NCBI RefSeq assembly: GCF_009914755.1
Contig: NC_060937.1
Source of the DNA: the human T2T-CHM13v2.0 reference genome, Homo sapiens
Reading direction: 5' to 3' (one strand)
Length of the DNA: 64,000 nt
Shown: piece by piece, positions 12,051 through 22,322 of the stretch
Layout of the letters: every line of letters begins with the position of its first letter
How positions within the stretch are numbered: the stretch's first letter is position 1
Notes under the pieces: model-generated
What the model was told of the DNA's origin: nothing
Databases searched by the model: none
What the model saw: only the letters and a program-made list of their open reading frames with translations
Position numbers and translations under genes: made by a program

Positions 12051-14329
12051 ATCCAGGAGGAAAGCAATTCCGTTGCCACCCACATCCCCTGGGCCCTACC
12101 AGGCTTCTTCCCCTGCTAGCACATCTCCCGGATGCGACGCAGGCCAGGTGGCAGGGCTGAAGCAGGCAGGCACACAGGAGATGGCATGCGTACCTGTAAG
12201 GATGAAGAGAGAGCCTTCAGATGGCCTAGTGCTAGGATCTTGTTATCAATGTCATGGAAACGGATGGAGCCCTGTGGGGAGGCTGCCACGGAGGCAGAGA
12301 GAAAGGGGTTGGGGAAGGGAGGGGGCTGGCACCTGGGCGGCTGGACTTGCTGGTCCTAGTCTCCCTCCCCGCAAGGAAGAGGAGGCCCCGAAAACCTTGC
12401 CTTGGCTGTGCTGGGTCTGAGGGAAGAGGCTCCAAGTGGCGAGCCTTCCTGTGCCTACCTGGCTGATGGCAGAGGATACACCACCTGAGAAGGCAGGCTG
12501 TAACCAGCCTCTACTCCAGAAGCAAATCTGCCTGTGTGTTCTGAGCGTTGAGCATAATTGTAAACAGCTGAAAATAATGAAAATGCATAGAACCCCTACC
12601 CTGAAACCCACACACCCCTCCACTGCCGCCCGATGGGGTCCTTTGTCTGGGTGGGGCTCCTCCACTCCCCAGAGCCATGGGAGCCAGTCCAGAAGGAGTC
12701 AGTCCATGAAGGGACAGGTGGCCCCTGGGGAGTCAGAGTGGCGTGTTTCTGCTGGCAAGAAGAGGTGCAAATCTCCCTTTAGCTGGTTTAGCAGAAAACT
12801 CACCTATGTTTGCCCACTTCTTCTCACTGCCTCTAAGTTGAGATTTAGGGTCAAGCACCATCCAAAACAGGGCTCTTTCTCTGCCTGATCTGCCAAACCT
12901 CCCCTATCTCATTTAGGTGGCACTCTCTCCCTAAAGCTAGTGTCTGTCCTGTGGGGTATCCGACCCTTTCAGGGTCAGCGCAGGCCATTCCCGTTCCCCC
13001 GTCCGAAGGATGCTGCTCTAATACAAATGTGCTTTCCAAAGAGGCCCTGTGCCCAGGTAGTCACAGGCCTCCACCCAACCTGAGGGAAATCTGATTTCTG
13101 CTCACAGGACAGCTGGTTTCTGTCTCTTCGAGGTAAGATAAATGGCATTCAAATGGGGCCAAGAGGCCCTCTATTAGCTCAGCGTGCAGGGCACTGGCGC
13201 TGCGTTAAAGCCCCATCCCACAGCCTGAAGATTTAAACAGAACCACTTTCCCCATTTGCTGTTTTCTGAAGTAAGCAACCCATGCGACTGAAAGGGCTTG
13301 AAATTGTGTCAAAGTGATGTTTTAATCTCATTGAAAAGTGTATTAAAGGACAAGATGTAATTTATGTGAGATGCTTCGATGAAAGCAGAGATTGGAGTGG
13401 ATGGTCCTTTCACTCGTGTGAACCTCGTGTCATGTTTATATTGAAGCCTGTGTAGCTAATCTAATTTGCAATAACAGGGATGGCCTGTAAGAAAAAGCAT
13501 CTCTGATTTCACTTCATTTCTTTTCATATAGAAATTCCCTATGACTTGTCTCCTCTTGTGAGTGATGCCTTTTCCATCTGAGGGCTAATGAGAGAGGATG
13601 GAGGAAAGGCCTGTTGACTCATAGCTGCTGCACTGGCTTGCAGGCAGCCCCTGGTCACTGGCTCGCTGAGACTAAGCTGGTCCCTGCACTGGCCTAAAAC
13701 GCTGTTTTTGATCCTGCAGAGTGAACACTACAGCAGCCCTAGAATGTCAAATCCCACCTGCTCTTCCACACTCCGGGGAGCAGGAGTGGGGGTGTAACAG
13801 GCCAGACCAGTTTGTTTCTCCCCAGAATTTCGGCTTTCCCAGTTTAGTCAGATGTCCTGCACTCTTGGACATTTATAATCGGCAGTTTTTAATGGGAGTG
13901 GTTATGAAGCTACCCCAGATTCAGAAAAGTCTGATCTCGTACCGGCTCTTTACACTATTACAGAAACAAAACACACCTAGTGCTCAGAGGAGGTGCTTTG
14001 TGTGCTCAGGATGGCATCGAACACAAGCATTCTCCGTCAATAAAAAACAACATGCGTTAGAAAATTACAACTTTTGTACAACGTAAAAAGGTGTATTCAA
14101 GCTGTTAATTACGGGGGTTTGTGTAAATGAAACTTTAGCAGTGACCCATTTAATTTTGCCGTAATTACTGACAAAATAAGACAAGGCTGAATCACAACAC
14201 GGTATATTTATCTTGAAGGAGAATATTGCGCTGATGTGGTAAAACCAAAGAGTAAGAGCAAAAATTTAAAAGGGAAGCGCAGAAGTATAAAAAGTGCAAA
14301 AAATCACACCCTGAAACCATTTGGGTTAA

Positions 14330-17100
14330 AACCGCGGAAGACTTAGCTTAGGCGACTTCTCTAAAGAACTCAACCAAATCTGAAAGGCACAGGCATTTTC
14401 TCCTCAAAATCCGAGGCTCGAGAACCATCTCCTCTGGCAGGGTCCAGTCTCAGCTCCGCCTCTTGCCTCCTCACCCACTTGGGCATAACTTTTGCGGGTC
14501 CTAGAAATCTGGGCAGCAGAAGAGGGAGGGGAACGCTCCCAGCCGGCAGCCGCTCTGGGCGTGCACCCGCCACGCGAAGCCAGAGGTTGGACGACGCAGC
14601 CGGCCAGGCGCGGCTCCCGGGGGACCCCGAAACCGCCTGTGGCTCAGGCCCTACTTGGCAAGAAGAGACTGGGGAGTGAGAGGAGGGGTCACTCTTGCTC
14701 TCTCGCACAATAGACTTCCCGCAGGCGAGTGCGAACGGCCTTTTGCTTCCTCCTTCTTTTCCAGGACCCTTAGCGACAGGAGAGGAAGAGAAGCGGCCCG
14801 GCGGTTTAATTGCCAATTTCCTGATGCAGCCACAGGGCCCAGCAGCGGCTCAGCCTAGGCCACCGGGTCCAGGCCTCTAGGCAATAGGCCCGGCGCCCCC
14901 TCCAAGCACCGTTTCCCGCCGACCCCGCAGTCATCACTGTGAGCTCGAGAGTATGGGCAGCCTGTGGTGCCCTGAGGCGCCGGGCGCTCGGCGCATCCGC
15001 CGTGCCCACAGCGCTGAGGACCAACTAGGGCTGCCCTCGGCCAGGGGCACTGTGCCCGTTTGAGTGGCACTCGGACCTGGCGAGGGGTGGAAGCCCAGGT
15101 AGAGCTCGCGTCTTTAAGAGCCACCCGACAGAACTGCGCGCTACATCTGCGCCAGCTGGGCTGGGTGGGAACAGCGCAGAAATACTCCCGTGCCGGGGCG
15201 TACAGGGCAGGTAGGCCCAGCAGAGAGTCTTCTCGGAAAGTTTCCCACAAAAGAAGGGCCGGGCAGGCCGAGCGGCAGGAAAAGCCGGTGCTCAGCGGCG
15301 AGGCCCGAGAGGTCTGGCATCCGGCGGCCTCCCAGCTTTGCTCGGGTCTCCCGCCGCCTCTCTCCAGAGCCGCCCGTAGCTCCGTGGGGCGGAGGGCGCA
15401 ATGCCCCGCTCTGGTTCCAGCCTTTTTCCTCCCCTTGTCTCCTCTTTCATTCATAAACCTGGTGGCTACAGACGCAGCTTGAATATTGACGTCTCTCCCC
15501 CAACTGCTCTGCCGTTAACCCAATTACAGAATTCATCAAGAACTGTGTTGAATTATCTCTTTCCATACAGTATCAGCATTAGCCTAATTAAAAGCTATAA
15601 TGTCTGATATAATGATTAAATCGTTAGCTCTGCTGTAGGGAAGCAATATTTTGTTTTCCCTTCAATTAGAAGCTGATTGAGGTTTTCAGAGCAGGTCAGC
15701 TGTGAAATTTGAATTATATGTGTGAGTACTGCTCACAGGGTGAGCCCCTACTCCAAAGCTCCCAGAGCTTCTCCAAATGCTTTCACCCAGAGAGCTCGGA
15801 GGCACACAGCACGCGCGCGTGCGCGCGCGCGCACACACACATACACACACACAGTTGTTTGTTCTTCGATTGTGAATGTGCGGCTCTCCACACGAACCGC
15901 CCGAAAGAAAGCCTGGGTCGCTTTTGAGGAGAAGGAGTTTCTTGACCCTTCCCCGCAAACGCTACTGGAACGGCCTCCAAACTAGGACGCCTAGTCAGGC
16001 AAAGGAGAGAGCGGTGCGCCGGCACGCAGACAGCTCTGCTGCTATCCCTGATGGCCAGGGCTCTCTTTCCGTTCTCCTTCCACACACCCCCTTTCCCTGG
16101 GCTGTTATTATTTTTTTTTCCTCCTTCAAAACCAAACCAAACCACCACCAACAAAAACTTCTGTGCTACTCTGGCTTCTCTGGTTTTGTTTGGGAACAGT
16201 GGAACCAAGTTAGCCCGGGCCAGGGCGCAGATGATGGACTCAGAGCGCCCAGGGACCCTAGAGAGAGGAGCACTCCTCAAGAGCCCCCTGGCCATCACCC
16301 GAGCGCCCTGGAGCGCCATCACCCGAACGCGCGCTCCAGGCCCTCGAACAAGGCCTCTGGCTGCCAGAGCGAGTGAGGGGCGCAGAGGCGGCAGAGAGCG
16401 GAGAGCCCCGGTGTCTCCGCGAGGGCGGCGGCGGCCAGCAGACGGCGATCGAGGCGCGCGCCACGGCACGGCCAGCGCAGACACGCCGCGGGGTCTCGGG
16501 CCGGAGCCGTGCAGCCGGGCCCGCTGCCTCTTTGCCCCTCATGGCTCCGCGCGGGAGGAAACCGGGCCTTCTCCGCCCGCCCTCCTCTCGCTGCGGTGTC
16601 CCCAGCACCCCCGCCCCGCCCCCGCGCGGTCCCCACCGTCGCGCTCCCCTCCCTCCTCGCCCTCGCTCCGCGCCTCCTGTTGGCAGAGATGGCCTCGAAG
16701 GCCTCTTCCAATTTGAATGGCTCTTTCTTCTTCTCTCTCCCGCGCTTTCTTTTCCGCCTTCTCCTCCTCTCCTTCTGACTACTCTTGTCTCTTTCAAAAG
16801 CTCCGCCTGGAAACTAGCGGCTTCCTCTTCATCTGCCTCCTTTAACTGTGGCCTCGGCCCTCTGGGGCGACACCAGAGCGCGGAAGCCTGAGCCCCTCGG
16901 AGATCCGGGGAGGCACCTACACATGGCCTCAATCCTCCAACCGGCCCCAGAAGCCGTAGGAGCTGAACCCAGGAGGGCAACCGGTTGTGGTGCGGCCACA
17001 TGTCCCTGGAGAGTGTCAGCAAGACGGGTCGACTTCACCAGGACCACGAAAGACAGGGCAGAGTTTCTGTCTTCTTTCACTGTCCCGTAGAACTCCTAGC
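14330..17100. promoter_or_regulatory. CpG island (upstream cluster 3)
   Basis: Dense CpG, interrupted by AT-rich TAAT-containing blocks. Confidence 0.8.
15809..15853. repeat. Compound (CG)n/(CA)n alternating purine-pyrimidine tract
   Basis: 45 bp of perfect R/Y alternation, including the 14-bp palindrome GCACGCGCGCGTGC (15809-15822). Confidence 0.9.
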
Positions 17101-20100
17101 TTGTCCATCGTGCTCCTTGCTTGGGACTCGGGACTGACACTGGGCCAGAAAATCCACCTCTAGATGCCTCAAAGCTCGCTTTCATGCTGGGGGGCGGGCG
17201 GGAGCGGGGAAGGGGGACAAAAGCTAAAAGTGCTAATTATTCCATACAGACAGTTTAAGCTAATGGTGTTACAGTCCAGCACTCAATTTACTTGAAAGTT
17301 GAGGTTTCTTGCATAATGGCTTAACCTATCACATACATACAGGCATATATGTGTGCGTGTAACTTCTAGGGATGGCTTGGTTCTGGATTGGCTTTGAAGA
17401 TTATGACCACAGGTTACATACAACAATAGAAAGTGTCTTTATCCACATTTCTAAGTTGATCTTCGCTTTGGCATTTTGAGCAAAGAGGCACAATGAAGTT
17501 TCTGAGCTGCCAAAAAAGCAAGTTTGGTCAATCAACAGTGACAGTAACCCTGTGCCTGGGGGTCTAGACTTCCTATTACATTACTTGGGAATAGGGAAGT
17601 CAGTGTTCAAATCTCCAGGAGTCCAGCCTTTGGGAAAGTACTGGGTTTGAAGGAGGTAACTGCCAACTTGGCTGGAGGTAGAAGGGAGAAGGAGGTGCTT
17701 TTCAAACTGGTTTTGGACTGTCTTCTCTCTTCTTAAAGAGTCACTGAGGAAAGAGTTTAGAAGGAGCAAGAAATTGAGGCTTCCAGAAGCCATCGATCAC
17801 CAGCAGGAGTTAATATTATGCTCGTCAATCCTCATGCCAGGAATGAAGGCACAGAGGTCTAGCATGCAGTGCCCTGTGCTGCCTAATTGGCACTGCCTGC
17901 TGCTGCCAATCATTTATCGCTTGGCAACAAGTTACACCTGCAGCTTTGGTTTAATACTTATGCAGGTGGCCACACATAGTGCGTGCAGCCGCTTGGGCCT
18001 AGGGAACATCTCGTCACTGAAGAGGGCTTATGGAGAGCACCCTGAACGTTGAGCACTAGTGTGAGCTCACAGGATGCTAAACCATTTTCCTCTTATTTAG
18101 ATGCTCTGAAAAACAAGGGTAACGTCGTATTTGGAAACAATTTTCGGGACTATGGTAGAAAAAAAGTAGACCATTTCAAAGTCAGCTATCCAAGTTCCCC
18201 AAAGCATAAAGCATTCCTGCAAAGCACACTGGAGTGCAGGGTGTTTATAAAATAAATTGCTCCATTGATATGGAAAATAATGTGCCAAGCCTGATTCATA
18301 CAAAGCATTTTCAGGGAGTCTTAAGCTATTTAGTTTAAACTCTAAATTGAAAAGCAGAGGAAAGAAATCTTTCAACTGCTAAGTGGATAATATAGTTTAT
18401 AATTTGTAAACCATTTCCTTTATTTCAGTCTTGCTGACTTTCCATAACACACTGGATCTCACTGCACACCCATTGCCTCCTAAATTATCAAAGAAAAAAA
18501 TGGGGCTATAGCATTCCCAAACAATATTATTGCTCCTTTTTTGTTCATTCACAATGTAACTGATATTTGTAGGTAGTGCATGTAACAAATCAAAAGATTT
18601 AACAAACTCGACTGGTGAAATAAGAAGGTAGTTGGAAGCCCAGTTTATAACCTAGATATTTAGTGAAAAAATAAATATAAAATGATGTTCCCTTTCTAAT
18701 ATAATTATATATTACTTGATGGATTTACTAGTAAATGCTGAATGGCCTGGAATGAAAGCAGTTTAATCTGCAGAGAGATCAATTTGCTGTTGCACTTCAC
18801 ACTGTAGCAACCCTGCAATAATAAAACAAACCCTACAGTAATAATCATAGCAATTGAGAGGAAATAAAGCATTATTCTTTTACCTTGGACAAGCAACAGG
18901 GTCAAGAAATTCACAACCTCAGAAGTTTTTTTAAGAGGAAAAAAAAGGTGTCACGTGTTCGCTGCCCAACAGACTCAAACATCCTATTACTCCTATTACC
19001 GTTATCATCATCTTTACTGAATATTCCTACTACAAGACAGGCAGACATGTGACATGCGGTGAAGGTTCTACTTTACCCACCACCAATCTCCACAAGCACT
19101 CTCATCTCAGGGTGCCTCGGGGAGGGCAGAGGAGGAATACTTGGGCTCAAAAGTCGTCTTTGGACCACTTTCAGATCAGTCTGGTGGAAACGGTAGTGTG
19201 AGCGCTATGCTACTTGAGACTGCGTTTGAAAATCTCTTTCACGTTCCCAAATCAAAGCCACTTTGAGGTTTAAGAATGATAACCACAGGTGAATGCCTTA
19301 CTCTTTCCACGAGCCAGGCCTTTCCTTTGCATGACGCAGACCGGCGGCTGAGACCCGTCCTGAGGCCCCGCCTTTCATTCGGTTTATGTGGCCCCGCGCA
19401 GTTCACGCAGTTTTCTCCGTTCTTAGGCAACCAGCTCGTGGGAAATTCACTCCAGAAAAGCGTGCGCCATATCATTATTTTGCGATTCAACAAACTTTTT
19501 CAACTGTTGTTCAGGAACTAGATTCCAGATAGATCTTGTTGTGTTCGGCCTTCCTAGAAATTCCTTTTCCAGAGGAAGAAGATCCGGGTTGGGAAGAGTG
19601 CGTGACTATGGCCCCGGGCTCATTGAAAGACTCCTCCCCACAAAAGTTTAGGGCTGATACTAAACGAAGCTATGGAGCCATGCCCACACAAATACTCCCC
19701 CTTTACCCGAATTGTGGGGCCTGGACTGTGAAGGCCTTCGCTGCAAGAGCGGGCACTGGCGAACTTCAGTGCACGCCGCGGCCGAGAACGGATGCAGGGC
19801 GGGGGATGGCTGAGCCGCCTGATCCTTGCAGAGAACCTGCAGGGGCCCTCGGAGGGTATCCCCTGCGTCCAAGGGAGCGCCCCTCCTTTTCAGCACTCGG
19901 GGGAACTGAGGGCGACGTGCCAGCCCCGCACTCAACTTTCCCCTTCCCTGCAGGCACAGAGTTGGCCGGCGGGGGCAGAGGAGGAGCTGGGTCTCCACTG
20001 CGCCCGTTTAAACCTGGCCAGGGGCTGCGTTTCCTCCCCCCACCCCACGACGATCCTTTCTTAGTCTTCGCTTTTCAACCCAATCGTTAATCATTCGGAA

Positions 20101-20140
20101 CGCGCGGGCGGGGAGCGGCGAGGAGGGCGAGCTCGGGGTT

Positions 20141-20171
20141 CGCCGCCGCCGCCGCCGCCGCGCGCGCGCGC
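20141..20171. repeat. (CCG)n trinucleotide run abutting (CG)6
   Basis: cgccgccgccgccgccgccgcgcgcgcgcgc. Confidence 0.9.
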
Positions 20172-20295
20172 TCAGGAAGCGGTGTGGCTGTCACCCCCTC
20201 CCGGGCCTCCTCCCCCCTCCTTCCTGCTTTGCTCCCCCTCCTTCCTCCCCTCCTCCCCGCTCCGCCGCCCGCGCCCAGTGTATCTACTCCCTCCC

Positions 20296-20370
20296 CACGT
20301 CACTCGCCAGCGCGCCATGCAAATCACCGCCGCCGCCGGCTCCCATTGGCCGCGGCGCGCTCATTTAATG
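20296..20370 (+). promoter_or_regulatory. SOX1 proximal promoter motif cluster: CRE-like CACGTCA, octamer, inverted CCAAT box, TAAT
   Basis: CACGTCA 20296-20302, ATGCAAAT 20317-20324, ATTGG 20345-20349 and ATTTAAT 20363-20369, ~800 bp upstream of the ATG. Function inferred. Confidence 0.6.
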
Positions 20371-21096
20371 GCAGCCCGGGCCCGGCGTATGGCTGCTGGG
20401 CCCCGCGCGCCGCCGGCCCCGCGTGCGCCTCCGCTCCGAGCGCACGGCCCCGGGCAGGCAGCGGGCAGCCCATCCCGGGCTCGGCGGCCCCGGCTCTCCG
20501 GCCCTCTCCGCGAGCCCGCGCTCCTCCCGCTGTCCCCGGGCCCCTCCCTGGCTGCACCGTAATCGCCCCCTGCAGGCCCCCCTGCGCCTCCCCCCCCCCG
20601 CCACTGGCGCCTGGCTTCCCCCGGGCACCTGGGACCAGCACATGCCCAGCGCACGCGGCGCGCCGCCCTGCTAGAAGTTGCAGCCTCCGAGTTGGAGGCC
20701 GCTGAGGACCGAGCGCAGGAGGAAGGAGACAGCGCGCAGCGGCGGCCGGCGAGGAGACAGCACACCCCGGGCCGGGCCCAGCGCACCGCTCCCGGCCCCA
20801 AAAGCGGAGCTGCAACTTGGCCACGACTGCACCTGTTTGCACCGCTCCGCCGAGGGCGCCTGGGCTGCGGTGGCGGCGAAGACGGCGACCCCGACCGTCG
20901 GCCTCTTTGGCAAGTGGTTTGTGCATCAGGAGAAACTTTCCACCTGCGAGCCGAACCGGCGCCGAGTGCGTGTGTTTCTGCCTTTTTTTGTTGTCGTTGC
21001 CTCCACCCCTCCCCATTCTTCTCTCCGCTAGGACCCCCCCGCCCCCGTCTCACTCCGTCTGAATTCCTCTCCGTCTCCCTCCCACCCCGGCCGTCT

Positions 21097-21129
21097 ATGC
21101 TCCAGGCCCTCTCCTCGCGGTGCCGGTGA
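21097..21129 (+). other. Upstream ORF ([10 protein letters not shown]) in the SOX1 5' leader
   Basis: ATG at 21097 and TGA at 21127-21129, ending 17 nt before the SOX1 ATG; whether it is translated is unknown. Confidence 0.55.
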
Positions 21130-21146
21130 ACCCGCCAGCCGCCCCG

Positions 21147-22322
21147 ATGTACAGCATGATGATGGAGACCGACCTGCACTCGCCCGGCGGCGCCCAGGCC
21201 CCCACGAACCTCTCGGGCCCCGCCGGGGCGGGCGGCGGCGGGGGCGGAGGCGGGGGCGGCGGCGGCGGCGGGGGCGCCAAGGCCAACCAGGACCGGGTCA
21301 AACGGCCCATGAACGCCTTCATGGTGTGGTCCCGCGGGCAGCGGCGCAAGATGGCCCAGGAGAACCCCAAGATGCACAACTCGGAGATCAGCAAGCGCCT
21401 GGGGGCCGAGTGGAAGGTCATGTCCGAGGCCGAGAAGCGGCCGTTCATCGACGAGGCCAAGCGGCTGCGCGCGCTGCACATGAAGGAGCACCCGGATTAC
21501 AAGTACCGGCCGCGCCGCAAGACCAAGACGCTGCTCAAGAAGGACAAGTACTCGCTGGCCGGCGGGCTCCTGGCGGCCGGCGCGGGTGGCGGCGGCGCGG
21601 CTGTGGCCATGGGCGTGGGCGTGGGCGTGGGCGCGGCGGCCGTGGGCCAGCGCCTGGAGAGCCCAGGCGGCGCGGCGGGCGGCGGCTACGCGCACGTCAA
21701 CGGCTGGGCCAACGGCGCCTACCCCGGCTCGGTGGCGGCGGCGGCGGCGGCCGCGGCCATGATGCAGGAGGCGCAGCTGGCCTACGGGCAGCACCCGGGC
21801 GCGGGCGGCGCGCACCCGCACGCGCACCCCGCGCACCCGCACCCGCACCACCCGCACGCGCACCCGCACAACCCGCAGCCCATGCACCGCTACGACATGG
21901 GCGCGCTGCAGTACAGCCCCATCTCCAACTCGCAGGGCTACATGAGCGCGTCGCCCTCGGGCTACGGCGGCCTCCCCTACGGCGCCGCGGCCGCCGCCGC
22001 CGCCGCTGCGGGCGGCGCGCACCAGAACTCGGCCGTGGCGGCGGCGGCGGCGGCGGCGGCCGCGTCGTCGGGCGCCCTGGGCGCGCTGGGCTCTCTGGTG
22101 AAGTCGGAGCCCAGCGGCAGCCCGCCCGCCCCAGCGCACTCGCGGGCGCCGTGCCCCGGGGACCTGCGCGAGATGATCAGCATGTACTTGCCCGCCGGCG
22201 AGGGGGGCGACCCGGCGGCGGCAGCAGCGGCCGCGGCGCAGAGCCGGCTGCACTCGCTGCCGCAGCACTACCAGGGCGCGGGCGCGGGCGTGAACGGCAC
22301 GGTGCCCCTGACGCACATCTAG
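21147..22322 (+). CDS. SOX1: Transcription factor SOX-1 (SoxB1 HMG-box protein), single exon, 391 aa
   Basis: Starts [15 protein letters not shown]. Has a poly-Gly tract, the SOX HMG box ([42 protein letters not shown]...[13 protein letters not shown]), the group-B motif [11 protein letters not shown], four poly-Ala tracts, a His-Pro repeat, VKSEP, and the C-terminus [12 protein letters not shown] at 21147, TAG at 22320-22322. The ORF track starts 9 codons earlier at a GTG. Confidence 0.99.
   Translation: MYSMMMETDLHSPGGAQAPTNLSGPAGAGGGGGGGGGGGGGGGAKANQDRVKRPMNAFMVWSRGQRRKMAQENPKMHNSEISKRLGAEWKVMSEAEKRPFIDEAKRLRALHMKEHPDYKYRPRRKTKTLLKKDKYSLAGGLLAAGAGGGGAAVAMGVGVGVGAAAVGQRLESPGGAAGGGYAHVNGWANGAYPGSVAAAAAAAAMMQEAQLAYGQHPGAGGAHPHAHPAHPHPHHPHAHPHNPQPMHRYDMGALQYSPISNSQGYMSASPSGYGGLPYGAAAAAAAAAGGAHQNSAVAAAAAAAAASSGALGALGSLVKSEPSGSPPAPAHSRAPCPGDLREMISMYLPAGEGGDPAAAAAAAAQSRLHSLPQHYQGAGAGVNGTVPLTHI
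21231..21275 (+). repeat. GGN repeat encoding Gly15 in SOX1
   Basis: Direct translation, codons 29-43. Confidence 0.95.
21297..21503 (+). other. SOX1: HMG-box DNA-binding domain of SOX1 (~aa 51-119)
   Basis: RPMNAF signature and canonical SOX HMG sequence. Confidence 0.95.

Noticed and set aside
6846-17090. Many overlapping 60-250 aa ORFs on both strands (likewise at 25.3-27.4 kb and 57-60 kb)
   Set aside because: Expected in CpG islands because stop codons are scarce; Pro/Arg/Gly/Ala-rich, mostly non-ATG starts, no homology recognised.
21120-21146. 9-codon N-terminal extension of SOX1 in the ORF track
   Set aside because: It starts at GTG; SoxB1 proteins begin at MY(S/N)MM, so ATG 21147 is taken as the start. 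Kept only as a possible near-cognate start.
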